Source: Prasinococcaceae sp. CCMP 1430 (lineage: Eukaryota; Plantae; Prasinodermophyta). From it: a stretch of DNA of 64,000 bases. The stretch lies in NCBI GenBank assembly GCA_013416795.1, contig RQSC01000017.1:80650-144649 (forward strand), in the 5' to 3' direction. Below are positions 1 through 13,000 of this stretch, piece after piece; the first letter of the stretch is position 1; the number at the start of each line of letters is the position of its first letter. Below the pieces are notes generated by a model, which made no database searches, was not told where the DNA came from, and saw only the letters and a list, made by a program, of their open reading frames with translations. A program made the translations under genes and the position numbers.

Positions 1-220
1 CGCGCGCGACGCTGCCCGCGCGCATGCGTATGCCGTGCACGCGCGCGCGGGAGTGCGTGCGTGCGTGCCTGCGCGTCGGGGTAGAGGGGAAAGGGGGGGG
101 AGGACGCGTGCGTCGGGCGCCACAAGACGCGTCAGACAGGCATCGGGCCGGCTGGCCGAGCGGACAGCGCCAGGGGCAGCGGGCGCGCGCGCGCGCGTGT
201 GTGCGGGGAGGCGCACAGCG

Positions 221-910
221 ATGGCCGAGGAGGCGAAGCCCGTCGAGGTGGCCGAGGAGGCGAAGCCCATCGAGGTGGCGGAGGAGGCGAAGCCCGTCGA
301 GGCGGCGGAGGAGGCGAAGCCCGTTGAGGCGGCGGAGGAGGCGAAGCCCGTCGAGGTGGCGGAGGCTCAGGCAAATGAGGAGGCAGAGGCGGCGGTGGAG
401 GCGGAGCCCGCAGCGGCCGAGGGGGTGGAGGGCGAGAGGAAGGAGGAGGAGGTGAAGGACTTCGACGAGCCGGTGGCGCTCGGCTTCAAGACGTTCAAGA
501 ACGTGGTCGAGATGTATGAGTACTTCAACGACATCCTCAACGCCTCGACGCTCGACCAGGACCTCAACGAGTACGAGTACAAGGCTGTGGTCGACCTGCT
601 GGAAAAGGGCCATGCGAGCGCCAAGGAAAAGATCGGCGGCGGCATTGAGAGCATCGCGGTCGTGTCGCACCCGGAGTGGGGCAGCCGTTGCTTCACGCTG
701 ACGCGCACTGATGGCTCCACGGAGGACTTCTCCTACCGCAAGTCCATCGAGGGCTTCGGCAAGCTGCCCGAGGCGTTCAGCCTGAGCGCCAGTAGCAAGC
801 GCAGGGCAGACGGCGGCGGGCACGGCGGTGGGCGGGGGCGCGGCAGGGGCCGCGGCGGCGGCCGCGGTGGACGAGGCGGCTTCAAAAAGCAGAAGGTCAT
901 GGAGCTCTAG
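221..910 (+). CDS. DUF3223/DeCL-domain protein, DOMINO1/DCL-like, with C-terminal RGG tail
   Basis: ATG 221 to TAG 910. Motif YKAVVDLLEKGH..KEKIGGGI..I.V..HPEWGSRCF.L.R.DGS.EDFSYRK is typical of DUF3223. RGG tail and no transit peptide fit the nucleolar DOMINO1 type. Confidence 0.85.
   Translation: MAEEAKPVEVAEEAKPIEVAEEAKPVEAAEEAKPVEAAEEAKPVEVAEAQANEEAEAAVEAEPAAAEGVEGERKEEEVKDFDEPVALGFKTFKNVVEMYEYFNDILNASTLDQDLNEYEYKAVVDLLEKGHASAKEKIGGGIESIAVVSHPEWGSRCFTLTRTDGSTEDFSYRKSIEGFGKLPEAFSLSASSKRRADGGGHGGGRGRGRGRGGGRGGRGGFKKQKVMEL
224..365 (+). repeat. Coding tandem repeat, about 5 x 27 nt (AEEAKPVEV/A)
   Basis: Repeated GC(C/G)GAGGAGGCGAAGCCCGTCGAGG(T/C)G units. Confidence 0.9.
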
Positions 911-1205
911 GCTCCGAGCTCGAGCTCAATGCAGCTGCCGCTGCTGCTGGAAACGCCGTAGATGCAGCTGCTGGCGACGCGTCCCTTCTGACCCTGGTCT
1001 CGAGCGGTGCGGGACTGAAGGTGGTGGTGGGCTGCTGCAAGGCGCGCTGCGCTTCGCGAGACGGGAAACACGCATGTATACGGCCACCCCAGCTATAAAG
1101 CGTACTCGCAGTGCCACAAGACGCGCACGGTGGCGATCGCGGCGGCACCCACGCGCGCCGTTCGCAATCGCCACGAGTCAGTTTGAGTGCAACTGCAAGG
1201 CAGTC

Positions 1206-3473
1206 TTACTGCGCGGTACGAGCCTCGTATTCGGCCTTGCGCTGCTTCAAAAAGTCCTTGACCGCAACCTTGCACTCTTGGCTGAGGATGTCACCTCCGT
1301 TGGCAGCAACCACGCCGTCCAGTTCCGCCTCGGCGCGTGCGACTATTGCAGCGTCCGACGCGTTGTCACCGCCAGCGTACTTGCACACGATTTGGATGGC
1401 CTTCGCGCGCATTTTCGCGGCCTTGTCCACCTCGGAGGACGCCACACCGTCGGCCGCTCGGTCCCCCGCCGCGCCCGTGGCGGCGGTGCTGGTCGGGGCG
1501 ACGCCCGCATCAGCATCCCCAGCGCCCCCAAGCGCCGCACCGGAGGTCACTTGCCCACCTGCTGCGGCAGCCTCGGGTGCGGGCTCAGCGTTTGCGGCAA
1601 CGATCGGCGCTGGCGCGGGTTGCGCATCGGTCATCTGTGCATCGCCTTCGCCCGCTCCGCCCTCAGCTGCGATAACCTCCATGCCCGCCTCGGCCATCTG
1701 CTCGTCCGCCTTGGGCGCGGGCACAGCCTCGGCGGAAAGTTGAGTGGCAACCGGCTCGGCCGCCGGCTCGGCCGCCGGCTCGGCCGCCGGCTCGGCCGCC
1801 GGCTCGGGAGGGAGCTCAGCCGAGCGCAGGAGCTGGATCCACTTGTTCTTGATCGATCCACACGCCGCAGCCACCTCAGCGAGCACCGGGACCTCCGATT
1901 TGGCCAACCTCGCAATAAACTTGGCCTTGACTCGTTTCAGGTCGTCAAGGCTCACCTCCGCACTCATTAAGCCGCCGACCTCCTCGGCCATGCCTTTGGC
2001 GATCTTGTCCTCGATCGAGTGCGCGTAGTTCAGCTTCGTGCGCGCCAATTCGCGCGCCTTGAGCGCCTTTTCGACGGCATCGTCGGCCTTAAGCAGCTTC
2101 GCCTGTGCCTGTGCGGTCTCCTCGAGTGCCTTGTCAAGGTTTTGCTGGTACTGGGCGAGTGTCTCCTTCGCTCGCACGAGAGCCTCCGCGTTCATTTTCC
2201 GCGGCTTGCCAGCGTCTACGCTTGCCACAGTCGTCGTGGGCTTCCAGTCGTCCTTGGCCACGATGAGCACCTCCTTCATCGGCCGCGGCGCCGCAGGCTT
2301 GCGTGCACGCTTCTCTTTCGGAGGCGCGCCGCCGCCGTCGTCATCGTCGTCCGCCGCGCGCTTCTTGCCGCGCTTGCGTTTGGGCTTGGCATCCACATCC
2401 ATGGCCTCCGCCTCCGCGGCGAGCGCAGCCTCGAACGCCTCCTCATCAGCACCATCTGCGGCAGTGCCAGCGGCGGCGTCTGCATCGTCGTCGTCTTCCG
2501 GGGCCGCTTCCACTCCAGCACCGGCCCGCCCGCGCGCACGCCGACTCCGGTTCTTTCGCATGGCCGCCAGCTCTGGATCCTCCTCCTCCTCTGCCTCCTC
2601 CTTGTAGACCGGGGCGGGCGCAGCGGGTGCCTCAGCAGCGGGCTCCAGCTTCTGCTTGCCCAGTTTGAGCTTGAGCTTGGTACCACCGCCCTCTTTTTTC
2701 GGCTCGGGCGCGGCTGGGCTCGCGGTGGCGGCGGCGCCGGCGCCCTCACCCTCGTCCTCTTCCGCGTCCGGTCCAAGCGCCCAAGGTTCGTAGGCAAGTC
2801 TGGCGTCCGCCACCTTCTGCTTGGCCTCATTCAGTGCGGCAAACCAGTCGTTCCATCTACCACCTTGCTTACCGCTGTACTTTGCCTCCATCGCCGCTTC
2901 GTTCGAGACGTACTTGAGGAGTTTGTCCTGGGTGTACCAGCCGTAGTAGTAGCTGTGCCCCTTCGGGTAGCCAAGGTGGACGACGAGCTTCTTTGTCTTT
3001 TGTTGTTTCATGTGAGGATGGTCGTCGGGATCCTCGACGATCGAAGGGTGCGGTGGCGCGCCTGTGCACGCGGTGCGATGTGCGGCGGGGACGATCGCGG
3101 CCACGCGAGCGAGCGGAGCGCACGTGGTGTCTTTACGTCAGCGCGCGCACGGCGGCGTGCAGCGAGCACGTCGCTTCAGCGCGTACCCGTAAGCGCGATC
3201 GCGATCGCAGGCGCTCTCTCTCACGGCACACGCGCCAGCCACGCGACATCGAACCACCCCTCTCCCTTTCAATCCCCCCCGCATCCTTCTGCGCGCGAGC
3301 GGGTGCGCCCAGCACTCTGCACCGTGCCCCCCTTCCCCGCTTCCCCCAGCGTTCGCTCGCGGCCGCGCGGCGGCCGCCGCACCTGGAAACTTGGCCCACA
3401 CGACCTCGCCGACGCTCGCGTCGTACTTGGGCGCCCCGCCCTTCTTCTTCATCTTTCCCTTCTTGGGAGGCAT
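1206..3473 (-). CDS. PWWP-domain chromatin protein, 2 exons (3473-3383, 3061-1206)
   Basis: Spliced N-terminus VGEVVWAKFPG/APPHPSIVEDP..LVVHLGYP matches a PWWP fold. Phase-1 GT-AG intron 3382-3062. Acidic and basic low-complexity region plus coiled coil follow. Confidence 0.75.
1753..1806 (-). repeat. Coding 12-nt tandem repeat (EPAA)x4
   Basis: GGCTCGGCCGCC repeated on + strand. Confidence 0.85.
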
Positions 3474-4083
3474 GGCGCCCGCGACCCCTGCCCAGTCCTC
3501 CGCCGCCCTCCCGACGCGCGCCCTGCGCACCCCTTCGGCTGCGGCGCCCGGCCCGCCCGCGCCGCCCGCGCCGCCCGGGCAGTAGGGCGCGCACGCCGCG
3601 CGCGCCGTGTGCCGCCCCGATCGTGCCGCACGCAAACAACGCCGACAACGAACCAGGTTGAGGTTTACCCTTGGTACAATGTTAAGTCGAGATTTTAGGT
3701 CTGTCATCGATGGTGTACGTACCAGCATGATGGTAGATTATGTACGATGGTACAGCACTGTAAACCCTCTCTAGAATCGGGGGCGGAGCGGCGATTTGGG
3801 GTACGCCCCCCGGCGCGGCCGTGCCAGCATTCGGATCGGCGTGTGATGCGAACCCTGATGGGTGTATGCCATGCCAGTATGGGTGCGCTGTGTGTGAGGT
3901 GCGGTTCGCGCTGCGCCGCATTGGGGCGCGCGCCGCGAGCGCGCCTGGGGGAGGAGGCGCGCGGGCTGGTGGGCGGCGGCGGGCGAGGGCGGAGGGGGGG
4001 CAGCAGGTAGGGGACGCGCGCGCTGCAGCCGACACACTCAGCTGATCACACCGTGCGGCGCGCAGCACGCGCGATTGGGCGGG

Positions 4084-7000
4084 ATGGGGCGAGGTACAGG
4101 GCCGAACGCGACGGCGGGCGCGCCACCGCCGCTGGGCGCGTCGATGACGATGGCCTCCACCGCAGCATCGGCCCCCAGCGTCAGCATTGGCGAGCGCGCG
4201 GCTGCCGCCGGCGCGCGTACCGCCGGCATGCTGTCCGTCTTCCCCGCGCAGCTCGTCTTCCGCGCCGAGGAGGGCGTGGGCGTGCAGCGTGCGACACTCA
4301 TTGTGAAGAATCATGACCGGCGTTCGCACATGGTGCGTATCCGCAAGCCCACGCACAAGGTCTTCAACATGGTGGCGCACGGCGGCACGAGCCTCAAGCT
4401 TGCGCCCGGTCTTGAGACGGCGGTCGAGGTGAGCTACCTGGGCGGAAGCGAGGAGTGCTACTCTGAGGTGTGCGTGCTCGCCGAGGGCGGCGTGCGGCTC
4501 GCGGTTCCCGTGGTCGCCGAGGCGCCGCGGACGCGGCTGGAGCTTCAGGGCAGCGGTGCTGCGGGCGTGGTGCGCCTGGGCAGGGTCGCCTCGGTGTCGA
4601 CCTTGCGCGTCGCCAACGCCGGCTCACTGCCGGGCACCTTCACGGTCAACCTCCCAGAGCACTCGTTGCTGCGTGTCGAGCCTATGGATGGCGCCGTGCC
4701 CGCCGGTGGGTCCGTGGCGCTCGCGGTGACCTTCACGCCACCAGAAGCGGGCGTCTTTGAGGAGTCGCTCAGCGTCGACTTTGGCGACGATGATGCCGAC
4801 GCTGCGCAGGAGCGCGCTGGGGACGTTGGAATGTCGTCGGGAATTCAGACAATGACGGTCTCGGCACAAGTCGTTACACAGGGCTTTGAGCTGCTCCGTG
4901 GGTCTCTAGTTGTGGGAGAGAAGCCCACGGGTGGCGCGCTTCAGCTCACAGAGACCGACTTCGGTTCTGTGTACTTCGGCGAGGCCACCGAGAGCAGCGC
5001 GACGGTGCTCAACAACGGCCCGGAGCCGGTCGTGTTCAGCGTCGCCCTATCTGACGGCGAACATGCCCCGGACAGCGATGACGCCCAGATGGCTGCTCAA
5101 GCCGCCGCGTTGGCGCGTGTGGACCCCGAGTCGTTCATCCCCTCGTCCGCGCCCGCCAAGTCTGCCAACGGCGTGCTCACGATCTTTCCACAAGACGGTG
5201 TCATTCCTCCGTACGGCAGCACGACGCTCACCCTCACGTTCGCGCCTACCAAGAAGGCACCGACGCGCGGCTTTGCGTCGCAGGGACGCGAAGGTCGGTC
5301 GGAGGAGTACAGTTTCACGGCCTTTGTGAGCTTTGGGGGCGAAGAGCGCAAGCTCAGGCTGCCTGTGCGCGGTTCGGGGCACTCAGCGGCGCTTCGAATT
5401 GCACCAGAAGGCTTGGTTCGCTTCGGCGACGTGGCTGTTCACGACGCGGTGGACCGCATCGTGACGGTAGTCAACACCAACGCCACTCTACCCGCGCGCT
5501 TCTCAGTGGGGCGCTCGGCGACCTTTAAGGCTTCACCGCAGCAGGGCGACCTCGAGCCCGGAGCGTCGGCTGAGGTGACGCTGTCGTACTCGCCGAGGAC
5601 GCTCGGCACGCACCGCGAGGCCCTCAGCGTGCGTGTGCTTAGTGCCACCTCAGGGCGCACCGTTGGAACCAGCAAGATATCTGTGACTGGGGCGTGCACT
5701 GCTATAGGCGAGAAGCGCACAATGGTAGGCGGCCTAGGGTCCGTGCCTGCTGACTTTGAGCACTCGCGCACATTCGTTGGAGAGGAGGGCGCCGCCAGCC
5801 TCCAACGCCCGTATGCGCGCCGAAACCCGTGGGTGGGTCATGAGACGAGCGCCATCTTCCAGTCGCCCGCCGAGATGCAGCTGAGCGCGGAGGAGAAGCG
5901 CGCGCGTGACGCGCACGACCAGCTTTACACAACGTTCATCCGGCGTCGCCAGACAGCGCGGCGCGAGCGCGCGAGCGGCAAGCGTGGCAACGGAGGCTTC
6001 GACACAGATCCCGTGCACATGGGCATGCGCTCCGCGAGCGGGCTACGGGCCCCAGAGCCGGGGATGCCCAAGGCGGATGATCCGATGTGGCAGAAGGAGG
6101 ACGCCGCCGCGGCCGCAGACATCGCTAAGGCCACGTTGTCGGGAGCCGTGGTTAAGCCGCGCAATCGCCCCGCGTACATGGATGACGAGGAACTGCACAC
6201 GAAGTCGAAGTTCAAGAGCAGGCCAGGCACACTTGCGGAGCAGCGCGAGTGCCAGCTGATGCTCGCGCCGCAAGACATCATGCGCATCGCGACGGGCCCC
6301 AGCGCGATGAACTTTGGGCGCGTCACCTGTCTATCAGCGCCGGTCCAGACGTTCGCGGTGACCAATACGCTCTCGAAGGCGCTGATGGTCGAGGTGTGCA
6401 CGCAGGAGATCGGGGAGCTTGCGTCGAGCTCGCCGACGGCGCAAGTTGTGCCCCCGGGTATGACTGCTGGCTTCGACATATCGCTGGTGTGCTCCACCCT
6501 GGGCTCGCTTCAGCGCACCGTCGAGTACATCATAAACACAAAGCACCGCTTCGCCTTCGAGGTTAGCGCCGAAGTCGTGCCCGTGAGCGTCAATCTGAGC
6601 GCTGATAGGCTCGACTTCGGCTTCGACGCGGACAATTATGAGTCATTTGTCACCGAGCAGGTCAAGATTGCCAACCCCAACTCGCACCCTGTCGAGTTTT
6701 CTGTGGCGAGTTCGAGCGCTGCGTACGTGCCAATGCCCAGCGGCGGCATGATCAACGCGGGAAAGTCTGTGGACCTTGCGGTGACGTGGACGCCGACGAG
6801 CGGACCGACAGCAGCAGCCTCGTCTGAGGCCGAGCTCTCGTTGCGCATCGTGGGTGGTAGTGCCCGCCGCATTGCATGCAGGGGTTTCAACCCCGAAGGC
6901 CGTCTCGCCTTCCGTGAGACCAGCATCGACTTTCAGTCTGTGTGCGTTGGCGGAGGGGCCACTCGCACTGCCACTGTCCGCAACGTGGGCAGCACTGACG

Positions 7001-10000
7001 CCGTATTTATGCTCGACTCGCTTCCGCCTTGGCTCAGCTGCACGCCGCAGCGCTCGCGCATTTCTCCGGATTCCACCACGGACCTGCAGATCACCTTCAT
7101 TGGACGAGCGCCCCAACTCTACTCAGGGACGCTCGTGTTGGCCGTGCGCGGTTCGAAGCCCATCAAACTCAATGTAGCTGGTGAGGCTATTGTGCCGCAG
7201 ATGAAGGCCTCGCCCGAGGCGTTCGATTTCGGCGATGTCTACCTCGGCGGCACCGCAAGGCGCACGCTCACGTTCTCAAACTCGAGCACCATCCCCGCGA
7301 GCCTCGAGCTCGACCTCGTGGACTACCCGAGCTTCTACATCGAGTCACCCAAGGAGATGTGGGCCAACCGTGGATACGAGGAGAATCCCGTCCGAGTACT
7401 TCGCCCCAAGCCCGACACTGCTGGCGCGGCCTCTCAGAGCGGCGGTGGTGCGCCTATGACCCTGGAGCGCAGCGTGTCAACCGCGTCGTCGATTGGCGGA
7501 GCGAGCGTGAGCAGTGGTGGCGCGCCCGCTGGGGGCAAGTACCGCATCGCGGTCAATCCAGAGAGCGCACTTGACGTGCACTTGGTCTTCCGCCCGAGCA
7601 TCGTTTTCCCGTTCGACTTCCGACTGCCATTGCGACTGAGAAATGTGGCCGACGAATGGACTGCCGAGCTCACGAGCCTGACGCCGCAGGTGCGCGCGCA
7701 TGGGCTGCGGCCGAGACTTTTGCTGTCGACAGCGGTTGTCGACTTCGGCAGCCGCATTGTGCGCTCGGAGCGCGTCAAGAAGATTCCTTACACGATGGAC
7801 GTTGAGATTACCAACAACGACGACAAGGACCTCGGCTTTGAGTTCGGCCAGCCAGTGACGGCCGAAGGCGTACGCTGCAGCGCATACACGCTCGAGCCGC
7901 AGTCGGGTCATCTGGCGCGGGGCGCGTCGTGTGTGTTGCGCGTGGCGTACATGCCCCATGCCAAGCGCGACGACCTGGCGAGCGTGCCCATCTTCCTCGA
8001 TGGGGATACATCGCGCGCGTACGTTTCGCTAGAACTCGTGGGTAGCGGGAGGTACCCAAAGCTGCTCTTCGACCGGCGTGAGGTCACGCTGCACCCTGTT
8101 CCGCTGGGCTTCACCGCGCGAGCGCGCTTTACGATACGCAACGACGGTTACGACAACCTCGAAATCAAGTACAAGCTGCCTGCGGACACCGCGCGCGCCC
8201 CTCTTGAGATCAGCTTTCCCAACGGCCGCATGATCGGCATCGCTAAGGACGCGGTCGAGGTGGAGGTGTCGTTCTCGTGCCGCAAGCCGCTTGGCTTCAC
8301 TGCAAACGTGGACTTCCTGGACGATGATGGCGGCAGGTTTTCCCTCCCTGTCACTGGCGCGACCGACAGCTGCCTACTCTCACTGTACCCGTTCCTGTCC
8401 GTCAACGCTGGCCGTTACGACTTGCGCGAGCCAGCCGATGGGAAACCTGTGGCGCTCGTCGACACGAGCGGCTGCGTGTTCGACAGCGCAATCATCGAGA
8501 GCGCGTGCGCGGCTGAGAGCAGCGCGCTCGCACGGCTACTGAACGCGTCCACCATGAAGGGGCCCTTCACCAAGGATCTCTCGCGGGACATGCTGGCTTC
8601 ACGCGGGCGGCTGATGATCGAGGTGATTGAATTTCTGAGCGCCAAGTCCGTGTACAAGGTGGGAAAGCTCAGCGCAAACAAGCGCGAGCAGGTCGACCAG
8701 CTCATGGAGCAGCACTCGAAGATGCTCAACTTCCTCAAAGCGCACGGCGCGCTCCTGACTGCTGTCAAGCCTGAGTTCCTGCTCGACCTCGAGGACTTCC
8801 GCAGCTGGGTTGACGCGCGCACGCAACGCGTGGCTGACGGCATCGTCGATGACGGCGAAACGCTTGAGACGCTGGCATTGCTGCAACAGACCGAGATGCG
8901 CTTCGGGCTGGTGTCGAAGACGAGCTGGACGGCGGTCGTTCTGCAGACGATCAAAGTGTTCCTGCTGAGCCGTGTGACACCGCGCAGCTTCAAGTCGCTG
9001 CCGGGCACGGATTGGAATGCCGAGGGCCTGCCCGATACCGTGCTGGTAGGCTCAAATGTCTACTCAGTGGCCGAGTCAATCATGCTGCGCTGGCTGACGC
9101 TGCACTTCAAGAATATTCTGCCGAGCGTAGCCACGACGATTTCCAATTTCGACAGCGACCTTCGCGATGGGATGGCACTGTACGCGGTGATGGTGTCGCA
9201 CTGGCCCAGCCTCGAGTCGTTCTACACACAGCTGCGCAAGCCCTGTCGAACGGACGCGCACTTTCAAAACAACGCGCGCGTTGTCTGCGCCATGGTGTGC
9301 GAACTCGCGCTGCCTTTTGCGCTGCAGGCAGACGACATCCTCAAACCTCGCCAGCACGAGATGGTGCTCTTCATACTTCACCTGTACCACTCGCTGCCTC
9401 AACTCATCCCACGCAGCGCGCTCGACTTCTCTGGCCGTCTGGGGGAGCCCGTGACGAAGACCATTGAGCTCACCAACCCGGCCGACAAGGCGATCTCATA
9501 CTCAGTCAAGGTGGACGGCCATGCAGACTTCTCCATCGAGCAGACCGCAGTGCGCATCGAGCCTCGCGCTACGGTGGCGTTCCCAGTGACGTGCACGCCC
9601 AAGATCTCTAAGCCTACCGAGGCGCGCCTGGTCTTCAATTCGAGGCGCGACGGCAACGTGCACGCTGCCACGCTCGTGTTTGGGCTGCAGTCCAGCGTGC
9701 AGTCGCGATGCCCCGTGCGCACGATGCGAGTGTCATCCAAGCTCTACGACTTTCAGTCGTTCGAGCTCAACGTGACAAACCCTTTCCCTCACGACGGCGA
9801 ATTCACCGTCACGCTGTTGCAGACAACAGAGCCCAGTCCACAACAGGTCGCCGCTGCCATGGGCAAGCGCAAGACTAAGGCCGGCCGCGCTCGCGCGCAA
9901 GAGGGCGCGCTCGAGGCGACCAAGCAATTCCCGCAGCCCTTCGGCACTACGTGCTCCAAGGTGCGCATCAAGAATGGCGAGAGCGCGCGGTTGGTTGTTG

Positions 10001-13000
10001 CCTACCTTCCTTTCACGCTGGGCACGCACACTGCGACCGTGCTCTTCGAAGAGGCCAGCTTTGGCGAGTTCGCGTACGAGGTCATCGGTGTGTCGGACCT
10101 TCCCACGCCGATTGGCGCGCCACTCAAGCTGACGTGCGATGTCAAGGGGCCGTACACTAAGGACATCCCCGTGCTGCCGACCAACCCGGCGCTCGAGGCC
10201 GCCAAGAAGCTGTGGGTTGAGAAGCATCCTAGTGCGGCCTCGAAGAGCGAGCTCGCGCTCGTCCTGGCTGTTGGCAGCTACCACTCGGCGGGACCTGTGT
10301 CGTACCGGGCGACGACAAATTCGCCGCACGTACACGCGCCTGCAGAAATGACCGTCACGCCCGTGTCCGCGTCGCGCGCTCCATCGTCGTCTACGAAGGG
10401 CGGGCCGGCTGCGCCCGCTGCGGCAGCGGGCGGCCGGGGAGCGAGAGCCGGTGCTTTGGCTGGCACGGGCGCGGGCGGAAGCACGGAGTCCGCTAGCAGC
10501 AACGTGTTGCCGCTCACGCTGCACCCGAAGATGCCTGGCACGTATCCCACGCGCGTGACGCTCGTGTCGATGTACGACGTGCGTGTCTTCGACGTCGAGT
10601 TCGCTGCGCAGTCGAGCGGCACGCGCGCAAAGCTCGAGTTCACGGCGCCGGCCAGGCAGCGCATCGTGCAGGAAATTCCGCTCATTAACTCGGGCGATGA
10701 GCCCCTGCAAGTGAGCGCCACGTTGCATTCCAGCGGTGGCGTGTTCTCCGGCCCGCGAGACTTGACTGTGGCATCTGGTGGCCACGCAGTGTACCCGCTG
10801 GCCTTCCGTGGCCCTTGGATTGGTGAGTACACAGGCGAGCTCAAGCTGGATATCAAGGGCACTTCAGAAACCAATGTTTACACGCTGAGCGCGCTTGCCG
10901 AGGAGCCGCTCGCGCAGGGGCACATCGTGGTGGAGTGCGCCGCTCGCCAGCGCGCATCGGCCACCGTCCAGGTGCCATGCGTCACCGAGAACAAAGACGT
11001 GACGTACCGCGTACACTCGGACCTGCGTGACGCCGTGGGCCCTTCGACGCACGTAGTGCGCTCTGCTGCAGGCGAGCGCGGCACAGCATTTACTTTCGAG
11101 GTGATCCCGCAGGCCAGTGGGGAGGAGCACGGCTCGCTGACCTTTACCGGGCCCAATGGAATGTATGTGTGGTACACGGTCGAGTTGCGCATTGCGCCGC
11201 CACCGCCCGAGACCGAAGTGCACGTCGAGGCCGGGGTCCGCAAGGCTGCTGAAGTAGTCATCGGCGTGACCAATCCGCTCGATACGCCGGTCGTCTTCGA
11301 TGTGATGCTTGAGGGAGACTGCCTGCTTGGCGAACGCGAGCTGTCTCTAGCGCCGAGAGAGAGCAGCACATACGGGCTGGTGTACTCGCCGCTCAAAGTT
11401 GGCAAACACACAGGGTCGGTACGCTTCGTCGCGCCCGACGTTGGCGAATTCTGGTACAAGTTGCATCTCGAGGCCACTGCTGACGAGCCCGTCATTGTGC
11501 CTATGCTCGTCGCTGTGGTCGGCCGCAGCACGACGCACGTGCTGCGCGTTGAGAATCCCATGGGAAAGCCCACTGCTCTCACTGCGTCGTCGTCCAATGC
11601 GCGTAACTTTAACGTGCCAGCGCTCGCCGGCGGCAGCTCGCTCGATCTGCCCCCCTTCGGCTCGCTGGACGTTGAGCTCGTCTATACGCCGAGCTCCGTT
11701 GGCAAAGTCGAGACCGCCGACGTTACGTTGTCTGCCAAGGGCGCGGGCGAGTGGGTCTTCAATTGCTCGGGCAAGGGCCAGCCTCCAGGTCGCATGCCCG
11801 TCGTGAAGGTGCACTCATCCATCGGCGAGCGTGCCTCCACTGTCGTGCCGTTCAAAAACCCGTTTGCGGAGCCGATCACTGTATCTGCGGAATTGCGCCT
11901 GACAGGCGGCCCGCTCGAGGCAGCGGACTCCGCAACGGCTCAGGACGCCGTGGGCGGCGAGGCACTCGATGACAGCAACATTTTTGGCATGATGCTCACG
12001 AAGACCTCTGGCGTGGTCGTGCGGGCCTTCGAGACGCTCCAGGTGCCTGTGTCGTTCACGCCCAGCCGTATGCAGACACACGAGGGCGAGGTATTGGTCA
12101 CCATCGAGCCCCTCGACACGCGCGCGGGGGTAGATGGCGCGGACCGGGGACCAGGGGGGTACGCCTTTGCGCGCGCTGGCGACGCGTGGACCTTCCCGCT
12201 GGAGGGTGTTGCGGAGGCGCCTGGAGGATCAGTCTTCCACCTGCGCGGCCGCGCGCGGCAGACGTGCGTCGAAATGATCGAGGTGAACCTGTCCGGCCTC
12301 CCGCCGACCGTGCAAGGCGAGGAATTCACGCACGAGCTTGTATTCCCCGAAGACAGCGGCCTGACCAAGCACATGCTTCGCATAGAGGCGCTTGACGAGC
12401 GTCTGTCGCGTGACAAACCGCTGCGGTTTAAGGCGATCTTCTCGCCGCAGCGCGTGCTGAGCGGTACCGTGGACTTTGTGATCGGCAAGGCGAGCGGGGG
12501 GCGCTGGCGCTTTGAGATGCAATTGGAGGCATCGGAACCTGATCTCGACGGCATCATCTCGATCGAGGCGCTCGTGGGGCACACAGAGACGGCCTACTTC
12601 AAGCTGGCAAGCCCCATGGCTAACCCCGCCAAATTCACCGCAGCCTTTACCGCCGACTCCCCGCTCGAATTCTCGGTCACACCTGCCACGGGCTACCTGC
12701 CCGCTGCAGGCGTCCACGAGGGCACCGGCGAGCCGACGAGCACCGCTTTTGCTGTGAGCTTCACGCCCAAGGAATACGGCGCAATGGCGGTCGGCAGGCT
12801 GGTCGTCCAGACGGCTGAGGTTGAGTGGGTCTTTGAGGTGCGCGGAGCGAGGCCGCAGTACGTGCCGCCTCTAAGACCCGCGAAGGTGGACACCACGCTC
12901 AGCCTCGACCTACGGGAGCACATGCGCGAGAGGCACTCCTTGTCCACCAAGAGGAATTTCCTCAAGGAGAACGCGAATGCGGCGAGGGCGGCGCGCAAGC

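Noticed and set aside
224-365. 27-nt direct repeats as a CRISPR-like array
   Set aside because: No spacers; in-frame coding repeats in a eukaryotic gene; no cas genes.
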